Virus record (IMG/VR): IMGVR_UViG_3300046512_000174
Coordinates: 29,466 to 93,465 of that record
DNA: 64,000 nucleotides
Reading direction: 5' to 3' (one strand)
From: a virus
Below, piece after piece: positions 55,487 through 64,000 of this stretch (its first letter is position 1; the number at the start of each line of letters is the position of its first letter). A program made the translations under genes and the position numbers. The notes below the pieces were generated by a model that searched no databases, was not told the origin of the DNA, and saw only the letters and a list, made by a program, of their open reading frames with translations.

Positions 55487-55765
55487 ATCAGGCCCAAGCA
55501 TCCCCTAAGTCTGAGGGGGCCGGGAGGGGTTAAGCTCCCGGGTACTATTCACCTTGCATCGCTCAAGGTTTTGAGTCGGCAACGACCCATGCAGACAAAG
55601 CGGAGAAGCGCAACCCCCCTGTAGACTTGGTTCCCCCCGTCCTCGCCAAGTCTATAAGTCGCCAAGGGTGGGAGTCCGATGCTGTCGGTCGGTGGATGTC
55701 CAGACGCTCCGCTGGCGCCACCGACTGGGGCGACCCTTCACTCTCCAAAGGATGCGCTTGTGGCT
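55487..55765 (+). ncRNA. Structured RNA / long leader candidate between portal and MuF-like gene
   Basis: Late motif at 55466; multiple hairpins incl. a GCAA tetraloop; 5'-3' closing helix. Confidence 0.55.
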
Positions 55766-56902
55766 TTTCTCCTCGACCTCACACCTATCAGCCGGCAGAC
55801 AACCAACGCCGCGCTCGAATTCATTTACAAGGCAGTCCATGATGGCGAAGACGGCATCTGGAGTCCGCATGAGTCCGTGCTGATCCGCCGACTTGTCGAG
55901 CTGTTCTCCGAGCGCGGCCTCGATCGTCTTGAGCACGTCAAACAGCAGATCATCGCATGGGAAAACGGTGACCACTTCAAACCCGGCGCGCCTCAGCCTG
56001 TTGCCGTCCCGGGCATGATGGGGCGCTGGTCTGACGCCGAGCTGAAACTGGTCCGTGTTTACCTCGAATCGCTCCCGCCGAGCAGCTGGTCGCTGGATGA
56101 CCACATGATGGCCGTCGATTACGTGGTTCAGCGCTACCTGCCGGCTGACGAGTTGCGCACCGAGGCAGAGTGGATGGCCACTCGCGCAAACCTCATGGGT
56201 AAGGTGCAAGCCAACCTCGATCAGGCCGCCACGGTCACGCAGGCAGATAAGATTCTGGCTGCGCTGCCGTCAACCATGGGCGCCGCCGTCCAGCAGTTCA
56301 ACATCAATCAGCAGCAGCTGACGACCATGGCGTTCGGCAATGCCCGAGCCGCCGAGAATGTGCGCGCGCTGGGTGATGACGTCAGGCACCGGATGCGCAA
56401 CGCGGTGATGCAGCACCTTGAGGAGGAATTCACCGGCGGCACCAGCGAATCGCTGCAGACCAAGTTGCTCGACCAGTTCGCCACGCTGAACCGCGACTGG
56501 CGCCGGATTGCCGTTACCGAGGCAGGCGAGACCCTGAATCAGGGTTTCATCGCGAACCTCGCTCCCGGCACGAAGGTCCAGCGGATCGAGCAGTACGCCA
56601 ACGCGTGTGCGTTCTGCCGCAAGATCCACAAGCGGATTGCCACGGTGGTTTCGCCGGATAAACCCGACAAGGATGGCGAAACAGAGATCTGGGTCGGCAA
56701 AAACAACATTGGCCGGTCGGCATCTCCGCGCAAGCGTGTAGGTGACACGCTGGTCAATCGCACGCCAGATGAAATGTACTGGTTACCCGCCGGACTTGCG
56801 CATCCGCACTGTCGTGGGCGTTGGGTGCCGGTGATTCAGGATCTGCCCGGAGATGACCCGGAGTTCGGCGACTGGCTGCGCAAGACGCTCGGCGGCGAAT
56901 AG
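55760..56902 (+). CDS. Head morphogenesis (MuF/SPP1 gp7-like) protein
   Basis: RDWRRIAVTE, CAFC, HPHCRGRW; GTG start after AAGGA; follows the portal. Confidence 0.8.
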   Translation: MAFLLDLTPISRQTTNAALEFIYKAVHDGEDGIWSPHESVLIRRLVELFSERGLDRLEHVKQQIIAWENGDHFKPGAPQPVAVPGMMGRWSDAELKLVRVYLESLPPSSWSLDDHMMAVDYVVQRYLPADELRTEAEWMATRANLMGKVQANLDQAATVTQADKILAALPSTMGAAVQQFNINQQQLTTMAFGNARAAENVRALGDDVRHRMRNAVMQHLEEEFTGGTSESLQTKLLDQFATLNRDWRRIAVTEAGETLNQGFIANLAPGTKVQRIEQYANACAFCRKIHKRIATVVSPDKPDKDGETEIWVGKNNIGRSASPRKRVGDTLVNRTPDEMYWLPAGLAHPHCRGRWVPVIQDLPGDDPEFGDWLRKTLGGE

Positions 56903-56939
56903 CTGCTATATTTGAGCAATCACCCAACGAGTACCTGCC

Positions 56940-57134
56940 ATGAAAACGCTATTTGCCTTCGCGATCGCTTTGCTGCCACTTGCTGCGATCGCTGATTCAA
57001 GCACCTGCTACAGCATCACCGATGCGGATGCACGCTTGTATTGTCTGGCCAAGTCCAGAAGCGAGCCGAGCACCTGCTACTCGATCGTCAAGCCGGATCT
57101 GCGTGCGATGTGTCTTGCGGAAGCCAGCAAATAG
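56940..57134 (+). CDS. Small exported protein with two CYSI..D.R..CLA repeats
   Basis: Signal peptide; own terminator at 57193-57216. Confidence 0.7.
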   Translation: MKTLFAFAIALLPLAAIADSSTCYSITDADARLYCLAKSRSEPSTCYSIVKPDLRAMCLAEASK

Positions 57135-57264
57135 ACGCTAATCTGAGCGCCGGCCCTGATGGAGGTCGTAGCCACACGGCAACCATCAACACTAAGCCGC
57201 CTACGGGCGGCTTTTTCATGCCTGCGATTCGCCACGCAAACTGTCGTGACGACACCATTGCGTC

Positions 57265-58158
57265 ATGACAGAAGCCCAGCACCAAAGCGCCAACCCGGAA
57301 TATCTAAGCATCGGAACGATGCTGAAGGCTCGTCCCTCCGAGGAGAAAGGCGAGCGCTTCATTTATCTGGAAGCAAGTCGCGAAGGCGCCGACCAGCAAA
57401 ACGATATCGTCCTCGCGAAAGCGCTGGAGGATTCTGCGCCCCACTTCCTCAAGTTCGGAAACATCGATATCGACCATAAGTCGATGCCGTCGATCGCTGC
57501 CCAGTACGGCATCACCGAACCTGAAGCGTGGGAGGTCGGCGTTCCCGAGGAAGTTCGCGTTGAAGGCCCCTCGGTGTTCGTCAAGGCGCGCCTGTTCAAG
57601 GGTGATACTCAGCTCGCATCCAAGGCCAACATGGTCTGGGAGAGTATGACGCAGCTGAGCCCACCAGCGCGCTGGTACGCATCTGTAGGCGGCGCCACTC
57701 TGGCCCGTCGCGACGGCGTTGATCACCTGACCAAATCCAAAGTCAGCTACGTGACCAAGGTTCGCTGGAGCAACTTGGCTATCAGCCGCCAGCCAGTTAA
57801 CCAGCACGTTTCTGCTGCAAGCACCATTCCCTTCGGGATCCTCGCTAAGTGCTGGACTCCGGCAGGCTTCGACATGGCGAAAGCTTTGGAAGCCAGCTAC
57901 GCCACCGACGTCTCCCAGCTTTCCGGTGGTGGCGCACTCGGCATGCAATCGATCGATGCCGGACCTTCCTATTTTCAGTTCCGCGATCAGCTTTCTGAAT
58001 CGCTACTGGAAGGTCGTGACCACATCATTCAATCCGCACAAGGCTTGGCAGATTACGCCATGCACAAATTCGGTCTGTCTCGCGTTGAGGCAGTTGAATG
58101 GGTAACCCGTTTCATGCGCGACATCAAAAACTCACTGACAAAACGAGGCTCGGAATGA
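57265..58158 (+). CDS. Prohead protease
   Basis: EASRE..DQQND, GNIDIDH, ASVGG, AISRQPVN; position before scaffold and capsid; leaderless late promoter at 57244. Confidence 0.8.
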   Translation: MTEAQHQSANPEYLSIGTMLKARPSEEKGERFIYLEASREGADQQNDIVLAKALEDSAPHFLKFGNIDIDHKSMPSIAAQYGITEPEAWEVGVPEEVRVEGPSVFVKARLFKGDTQLASKANMVWESMTQLSPPARWYASVGGATLARRDGVDHLTKSKVSYVTKVRWSNLAISRQPVNQHVSAASTIPFGILAKCWTPAGFDMAKALEASYATDVSQLSGGGALGMQSIDAGPSYFQFRDQLSESLLEGRDHIIQSAQGLADYAMHKFGLSRVEAVEWVTRFMRDIKNSLTKRGSE

Positions 58159-58811
58159 GCGAAAAATTTCAAGCACTGCTCGCCGAGCTGGATCAGGCGG
58201 GCGCTGACACTCAAGAGCAACTGGCCAAATCGCTGCCTGCTGCTGTTGAGCCCCAAACCCCTGCTGCGGCAACTCCTGCAACTCCTGCAGCTGCTGCCAC
58301 GCCTGCCGCTGTCCCGGCAAACCCGGAAGATACCGACGGCGGCGTTCTGGCCAAGGCCCTCGGCGAAGTCGATGCTCTGGCGCAAGGTACTCAAGCGGCT
58401 ACCGGCGACGAGCCTGTTGTTATCGATGGCGAAGAAATCTTCAAGTCGCTGGAAGCCCTTGGCGGCCGCCAGACCGGTGTTGAAGAAGTGCTGACCAAAT
58501 CCGTGACTTCCCTTCTGGGTCTGGTCAAGGGTCAGAACACGCTGATCAAGTCCCTGTCCGACCGCCTCGATGTCCTCGGTGGAACCGGCGCTGGTCGCCG
58601 CACCGTGATTCAGGTTCAGGAACGCCCTGAAGTCGCCGGCGTTCTGGCGAAGTCCCAGCCTGAAGGCATGCAAGCGGGCGAGCTTCTGGCGAAGGCGAAC
58701 GCCGCGTGGGATGCCAAGAAAATCACCGGTCAGGAATTCACCGCGCTGGACGTGAGTCTGCGCAATGGTCAGGTGCCATCGACCGAAACCCTGAACAAAA
58801 TTCTTTCCTAA
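58155..58811 (+). CDS. Scaffold-like protein
   Basis: Ala/Pro-rich, repeated LxK(S/A), between protease and capsid. Confidence 0.7.
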   Translation: MSEKFQALLAELDQAGADTQEQLAKSLPAAVEPQTPAAATPATPAAAATPAAVPANPEDTDGGVLAKALGEVDALAQGTQAATGDEPVVIDGEEIFKSLEALGGRQTGVEEVLTKSVTSLLGLVKGQNTLIKSLSDRLDVLGGTGAGRRTVIQVQERPEVAGVLAKSQPEGMQAGELLAKANAAWDAKKITGQEFTALDVSLRNGQVPSTETLNKILS

Positions 58812-58864
58812 CCCGCCGGGTAAGGCAAGCACGACAGCAATAACCATCACTTTGAGGTTTATCG

Positions 58865-60367
58865 ATGGACATCAACCAACTCGCTGCACAATTCGGCGCT
58901 GCCGCTCCCGGCGGGGCTCCCATTCTGGGCGGTTCTCAGGGCGGCGCACCGGCGCAGGACCTGATCAAGGCTCTGGAAGCCAGTAATTACCAGACCGACG
59001 TCTCCACCCTCACCGGTGGTGGTGCTCTGGGCGTTCAATCGCTGGATACGGCGATGAAGACCACCGTGCAGGAGAACGAACACTTCACCCTGTTCAACCG
59101 CCTACAATCCACCAGCGCAACCAACATCGTTGACGAATACGTTCGTCAGAACAGTGTCGGTGGCTTCCTCGGCGGCTCGACCAACTCCCAGATGGGCGTG
59201 GTTCGCTCGGCTCAGGGCGAGTACACCCGCGAAGTGGGTCTGGTTAAGTTCCTGATGACCCTGCGTCAAGTCGGCTACGTGCTGAACATCGGTAAGAACA
59301 TCACCGATGCCACCGCAGTCGAAGAACGCAACGGCGCCATGCAGCTGCTGACCGACGCCGAGTACCTGCTGTTCCACGGCAACGCCGATGCGTGCCCGAC
59401 CCAGTTCGACGGTATCTTTGCCCAGCTGGACAAAGAAATTGCCGCCGGCCAGATGTCTGGCGACAACGTGGTCGACCTGCAGGGCAAGAAGCTCGACAGC
59501 GTCGAAGCGTTCTCCAAAATCAACGTTGCGGTCAGCCGTTACGGTTCGTGGGGTCGCAGCACCGACGTTTACATGCCGAACAGCGTGCAAAACGACCTGA
59601 ACACTGGTCTGGATCCGGCGTACCGCTGGACCCCGGGCGGCGGTAACACCCCGGTTCTGGGTGGCCACGTTGAAGGCATCCGCCTGACCAATGGCGTGCT
59701 GAAGACCAACATGGATACCTTCATCCACGATGAAGAAAACCCGATGGTCTACCCGTTCGAGGTGTACAACGCCGCGATCGCTACCGCCAACGTTGCGTTC
59801 AAACCTGCCAGCGTGACCGTCGATGCGTCGGCTAACGCCACCGACTCGCAGTTCACCTCGACCCGCGCCGGTAACTACTACTGGGCTGTCGCCGCTGTTG
59901 GCGGTCAAGGTCAGGGCCTGACGGCTGTTGTGCTGACCACGCAGACCGCTGTTGCTGCGGGCAAAAGCGCTGTGCTGACCATCACCCAGTCCGCTGCTGG
60001 CACCGAAACTGGCTACGCGATTTATCGCAGCCGCCAGAACGGCACCAACACCGTAAACGATCTGCGTCTGGTCAAGACCATCAAGAAGACTGGTGCAACC
60101 ACCACCTTCACCGACATCAACCGCGATATCCCGGGCACCGTATCGGTTCCGCTGTTGAACATGGGTCCAAGCGCGGACGCTATCGGCTGGCGTCAATTCC
60201 AGCCGATGACCAAGATCCCGCTGCCGTTCGGTATCGGTGGCATGCCGGTCATCAGCTGGTTCCAGTTCCTGTTCGGTTACCTGCGTATGACCAAGCCGAA
60301 GCATCACGGCTACATCAAGAACATTCTGCCGAGCAACGCCAAATGGCGTCCGTTCACCGGCGAATAA
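58865..60367 (+). CDS. Major capsid protein
   Basis: 500 aa; GALGVQSLD, EYLLFHGN, QFDGI; strong codon bias. Confidence 0.88.
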   Translation: MDINQLAAQFGAAAPGGAPILGGSQGGAPAQDLIKALEASNYQTDVSTLTGGGALGVQSLDTAMKTTVQENEHFTLFNRLQSTSATNIVDEYVRQNSVGGFLGGSTNSQMGVVRSAQGEYTREVGLVKFLMTLRQVGYVLNIGKNITDATAVEERNGAMQLLTDAEYLLFHGNADACPTQFDGIFAQLDKEIAAGQMSGDNVVDLQGKKLDSVEAFSKINVAVSRYGSWGRSTDVYMPNSVQNDLNTGLDPAYRWTPGGGNTPVLGGHVEGIRLTNGVLKTNMDTFIHDEENPMVYPFEVYNAAIATANVAFKPASVTVDASANATDSQFTSTRAGNYYWAVAAVGGQGQGLTAVVLTTQTAVAAGKSAVLTITQSAAGTETGYAIYRSRQNGTNTVNDLRLVKTIKKTGATTTFTDINRDIPGTVSVPLLNMGPSADAIGWRQFQPMTKIPLPFGIGGMPVISWFQFLFGYLRMTKPKHHGYIKNILPSNAKWRPFTGE

Positions 60368-60425
60368 CCCTTTGAAGTAGCACCCGGGCGTCCTAGTGGC
60401 GCCCGATCCATATCAGGAGAACGCA

Positions 60426-60920
60426 ATGTCCCGAGTCATTTGTGATTTGCCGAACGCATCGCTTGAAATCAGCGGTGTACGTTTCCAAAAGCTGGAAGAT
60501 GGTCGTTTCATCTCTGATGAGATTGGCGATGAGGCTACCGCCATTTTCCTTTCCATCCCGGGCTACGTGCTGGACGAGGATGAATCCGAGTCGGATCTGC
60601 CGCCTACTCCGCCGGAACAAAAACCACTGACCAAAACGCAGATCGCCAAAGCGGCAAAGACTGCCGGCGGCGCCAAGGGCAAAACTGCTAGCGCAGCACC
60701 TGCTGCTCAGGTTGAACCGGTAGTTCCGGTGGTCGACACCAAGACCACGGAAGAAACCATCATCCCGGGCGCTGACAACAACGCTGCAAACGTTGAACCG
60801 GAAAATGGCGGCGAGCAGACCACCGTTACCGGCGCCGGAACTGATGCAACCGATCCTGTGGTTGTTGAAGGCGGCGAACCACCTGTAAACACCGAAGACA
60901 AGCCTGCCGACGTCTTCTAA
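60426..60920 (+). CDS. Head-associated low-complexity protein
   Basis: AGGAG RBS, follows the capsid gene. Confidence 0.65.
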   Translation: MSRVICDLPNASLEISGVRFQKLEDGRFISDEIGDEATAIFLSIPGYVLDEDESESDLPPTPPEQKPLTKTQIAKAAKTAGGAKGKTASAAPAAQVEPVVPVVDTKTTEETIIPGADNNAANVEPENGGEQTTVTGAGTDATDPVVVEGGEPPVNTEDKPADVF

Positions 60921-60934
60921 TCACCGAGGTGCCC

Positions 60935-61177
60935 ATGGCCACTCAAGCCCAGCTGGACAACATTAAAAAGCTTCTGAACAACCTGTCGATCGCAACGAAA
61001 AAGGCCGGGTTGGGTGACCTTGTCATCACACTTGCGCCGGCAGTTGCGACCACAACTGTCGCGGGTACCGTCCTCAAAGCCGCAACGGTATCCAACGCAA
61101 ACGTCGATAACTCTGACGCGGGTGCGAAAATCAACGCAATCCTCTCGTCGCTGAAAGCCGCAGGGCTGATGGCCTAA
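60935..61177 (+). CDS. Head fiber/decoration-like protein
   Basis: KINAILSSLKAAGLMA C-terminal motif. Confidence 0.65.
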   Translation: MATQAQLDNIKKLLNNLSIATKKAGLGDLVITLAPAVATTTVAGTVLKAATVSNANVDNSDAGAKINAILSSLKAAGLMA

Positions 61178-61180
61178 ACC

Positions 61181-62278
61181 ATGACCACGATCATTGCCGG
61201 TAGTCCGGCGCACTTCGCCGTAACAGTGCAGCGCGACGGGCAACCGGTGGCGATCACCGGAACTCTCGAGGCCCGGGTCTTTACCATGGACGGAAAGGAT
61301 GAACTGATTGGCGCCACGGCAGTTGATTCAGCTGCCGCTGGCGCTGACTGGCCATCTGGTGTGGTTGCTGTCGATTTCACTGAGACCGAAACTGCCGTGC
61401 TCGCACCGGGCGAAGCCATGCTGGTGTTGTCCGGCGATATCGGCATCCGGCGCTTCAGCTTGACCGTCGAAACCTTGTTCGAGCCGACCAGAACCTCACT
61501 GTTCATCAAGGACATCGTTGTCGATGAACTTCGCCGCGATCGGCTGATGGCCGCCGCGCAAGGCATCCTGCAGGACGTCGTCGTGTCCGATGACTACCTG
61601 TGGCAAAAGATTCGCGCCGCCGAATCGGAGATCTCCCACACCCTGCGTGTGCCGCTGGTCCCGACGCGCTATTTCCCGAACCCGCCGACTCAAGATGAAC
61701 TGGATGCGCTGGAAGGCATGGCGTGGGAAATTGAAATCGGCAACGATTACACCCCGGACATGTTCGCGGGAGACAAGTGGGGCTTCATCGCCACGCGCCA
61801 GAAGCCGATCATCTCGATCGACCGGCTCCAGTTTTCCTATCCATCGCAGGGCGGCTCCTACTTCGACATCCCGATCCCGTGGGTGAACTTCGACGCCAAG
61901 TATGGGCATGTTCGAATTGTCCCGTCATCGAACGCGGTGTTGAATAGCGTTACCGGGTACGTCCTGACCAACATGGTCGGCGGCCGGCTGATCCCCTCGA
62001 TGGTGCAGATGACCTACACCGCCGGCCTGACCAACGTATCGACCACGTATCCAGAGCTGCTGGACGCCATCAAGAAAATGGCAGTCCTCAAGATCGTCGG
62101 CGATGCATTCTTTCCGAAGTCTGGTTCGATCAGTGGCGATGGCTTAAGCGAGTCGATGTCCGTCGACATGTCCGATTACTACGACTCGATCGACGCCATC
62201 CTTAACGGACCGAAAGGCTCTAACGGCGGCCTGATGTCGAAAATCCACGGTATCCGAGTCATGGTGATGGGCGGATGA
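61181..62278 (+). CDS. Head-tail adaptor/neck protein
   Basis: YTAGL, SISGDGLSES motifs; position. Confidence 0.65.
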   Translation: MTTIIAGSPAHFAVTVQRDGQPVAITGTLEARVFTMDGKDELIGATAVDSAAAGADWPSGVVAVDFTETETAVLAPGEAMLVLSGDIGIRRFSLTVETLFEPTRTSLFIKDIVVDELRRDRLMAAAQGILQDVVVSDDYLWQKIRAAESEISHTLRVPLVPTRYFPNPPTQDELDALEGMAWEIEIGNDYTPDMFAGDKWGFIATRQKPIISIDRLQFSYPSQGGSYFDIPIPWVNFDAKYGHVRIVPSSNAVLNSVTGYVLTNMVGGRLIPSMVQMTYTAGLTNVSTTYPELLDAIKKMAVLKIVGDAFFPKSGSISGDGLSESMSVDMSDYYDSIDAILNGPKGSNGGLMSKIHGIRVMVMGG

Positions 62279-62910
62279 AATTCAATCGCGGGCACTTCAA
62301 CCGGTTCCTGAACAACATCGGCCAGCAGTTCATCTGGCAGCGTTCCTACGCATGCTCCTGCGTAACGGCAGCAGAAGGTTCGGCGGATCCGAAGTGCTCG
62401 CTGTGCTTGGGCAAGGCCTACTTCTGGACCAACCCGACACCGGCGTCGGCGGCATCGGCTGGGCAGAAGACGCAGAACATGTGGGCAAAGATGGGCATGT
62501 GGCAGAATGGCGACATGGTGATGACCGTGCCGGAGAACTCGCCGCTGTGGGATGCAGGACCTTTCGATCGAGTAACCATGCTCAACGCCACGGATCGATT
62601 TTCGCTGCCACTGAAGCGCGGTGCGCCGACCGAAAGAATTCTGTTCACTCCGAAAAAGGTTGAGCGAGTGTTCTGGAAGGATGCAGCTACCGGAACCCTT
62701 GTCGAGGGTGGGATTCCGGTTTTTGACGCCAACGGTCGTCCAACATGGACCACTGGAGAGCCGCCGCCGGGGATGAACTATTCGGTCAGCGGGACGCGCC
62801 TGTCTGAATACTTCCTGTACATGGATTTCCCGCACAACCGCAACATGCATGACGGTATGCGCCTGCCGAAACTCACGGTGTTGCGCCGCTGGGATCTGAT
62901 GGGGCGCTAG
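62275..62910 (+). CDS. Head closure/neck protein with Cys motif
   Basis: CSC...CSLCLGK; position. Confidence 0.6.
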   Translation: MKFNRGHFNRFLNNIGQQFIWQRSYACSCVTAAEGSADPKCSLCLGKAYFWTNPTPASAASAGQKTQNMWAKMGMWQNGDMVMTVPENSPLWDAGPFDRVTMLNATDRFSLPLKRGAPTERILFTPKKVERVFWKDAATGTLVEGGIPVFDANGRPTWTTGEPPPGMNYSVSGTRLSEYFLYMDFPHNRNMHDGMRLPKLTVLRRWDLMGR

Positions 62911-63764
62911 CCCTGCATCTTGGTCACGGTGCGCTTGATCGCTTCCTCGAACGCCGATAGCGCTTTCTGCTGCATATCCTCCGACGTCTTCTGCGCGATC
63001 TGCTGCCCCGGTTGGGGCGGCACGATCCAACCGCCAGACCCTTCCATCATTACCCGGAACGTCAGATAGGCCGACGACTTGCCGCCGCCCGGCGTGCTGG
63101 TGTCGAAACGATGCATGCCCTGAGCCCATGCACGCGTTCCGGGCATCATCCCTGCGCGCATGTTGCTTTTTTTCAGGCTACCACCCCACGAGTAGTGGTT
63201 TTTATTGACCATCATGGTCGACTTTGTTTTCGCATTCGACAGATACGGTGTCTGGTTCGTGGACGGCGACATACCGGCCGTTGGCGACAGGTTAGTGACC
63301 TCACCGCTCGGTCGCTCGCTCTGCTCAAGGATCGTCGACGGGTCAAGGTCCTTTGCCATGTTGTAGATGCCGGCGGCTTCCAGCTTTGCCACGTTATGCC
63401 GCAGCGGGATGATCAGGAACCGTCGGCCATCTTCGGTGCGGCGCACCTTGAGGCTGGTGCCGAGCATCTTCTTCAGGTCTTTCGCCGGACGGCCGTTTTC
63501 GATTTCTTGGTCGTATCGGTAATCCGACTCGACCAACGCGGTGAAGTCGCCGGTCATGTGCCAACCGATCGTTTTGGCGTAGGCGTCTTTCTCGCCAGAC
63601 CACAACTTCGCCTGATAGACATTCGCCTGCCAGTTCGCGGCGGTCTGTGCGGCAACTGCGCGCACGGCCTGATTAAGCAGCGGAAAGATCTGCTTGTTGA
63701 TGATCCCGACGCCGTCAAGAGCGTCGCCGAGGTTGAACGTGAGTTTGAAGTTTAGGTCTGCCAT
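62907..63764 (-). CDS. Putative neck/tail-completion morphogenesis protein
   Basis: IENGRPAKDLK, YLTFRVM, GWIVP; own leaderless late promoter starting at 63785. Confidence 0.6.
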   Translation of the reverse strand: MADLNFKLTFNLGDALDGVGIINKQIFPLLNQAVRAVAAQTAANWQANVYQAKLWSGEKDAYAKTIGWHMTGDFTALVESDYRYDQEIENGRPAKDLKKMLGTSLKVRRTEDGRRFLIIPLRHNVAKLEAAGIYNMAKDLDPSTILEQSERPSGEVTNLSPTAGMSPSTNQTPYLSNAKTKSTMMVNKNHYSWGGSLKKSNMRAGMMPGTRAWAQGMHRFDTSTPGGGKSSAYLTFRVMMEGSGGWIVPPQPGQQIAQKTSEDMQQKALSAFEEAIKRTVTKMQG

Positions 63765-63824
63765 GGGCTCAGCGTCGCGTCACGATGGCGCCCCGGCAAA
63801 TCGTCGTGACGCCATCATAATCCC

Positions 63825-64000
63825 ATGATCTCTATTATCCGGCCGATCGCCGTCGGCAACGCCTTGCGACTATTCCTCGAACCCCCGGCGGGCGCGACGA
63901 AGTGGCGCGTTTTGCGCAAAGGCAGCGACACGATCGCATCCTTCGATGACCCGTCAGCGCTGCTGGTGTTTGAGGGTGAAACCAAGTTTTTCGTTGATGC
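63825..64000 (+). CDS. Late structural gene (partial)
   Basis: ATG 21 nt after TCGTGA at 63804; frame open to the window end. Confidence 0.65.
   Translation, partial: MISIIRPIAVGNALRLFLEPPAGATKWRVLRKGSDTIASFDDPSALLVFEGETKFFVD

Overview
A 64-kb segment of a large tailed phage or phage-plasmid, probably from Pseudomonas or a relative (inferred from GC-rich codon usage and Pseudomonas-phage-like genes; no host chromosomal genes seen). Layout: VRR-NUC nuclease and TOPRIM primase-helicase (159-3665); a leftward run of about 30 small early/accessory genes (3.7-18.6 kb); an iteron-rich putative origin (18.9-19.4 kb); a rightward mosaic region with two DNA methyltransferases, a putative small terminase, a 1389-aa kinase-like + ADP-ribosyltransferase protein with a Nudix partner and a double-domain large terminase; a leftward RdgC block; a ~1-kb non-coding RNA cluster with tRNA-Trp; and head genes (portal, MuF-like, protease, scaffold, capsid, neck). 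The strongest signals are non-coding. (1) Seven co-oriented composite sites at gene boundaries, CCCTGA-N7-TCAGGG followed at a helically phased distance by GGGCGC-N5-GGGCGC, resembling recombinase core+arm sites or parS-like sites. (2) A late promoter TCGTGA-N3-nAnnnT in 10 copies, six with ATG exactly at the predicted +1 (leaderless). (3) About 14 copies of an 18-bp operator overlapping sigma70 promoters. (4) Several structured-RNA candidates. No integrase, repressor or CRISPR array was recognised. All motifs were found by eye, so counts are minima.
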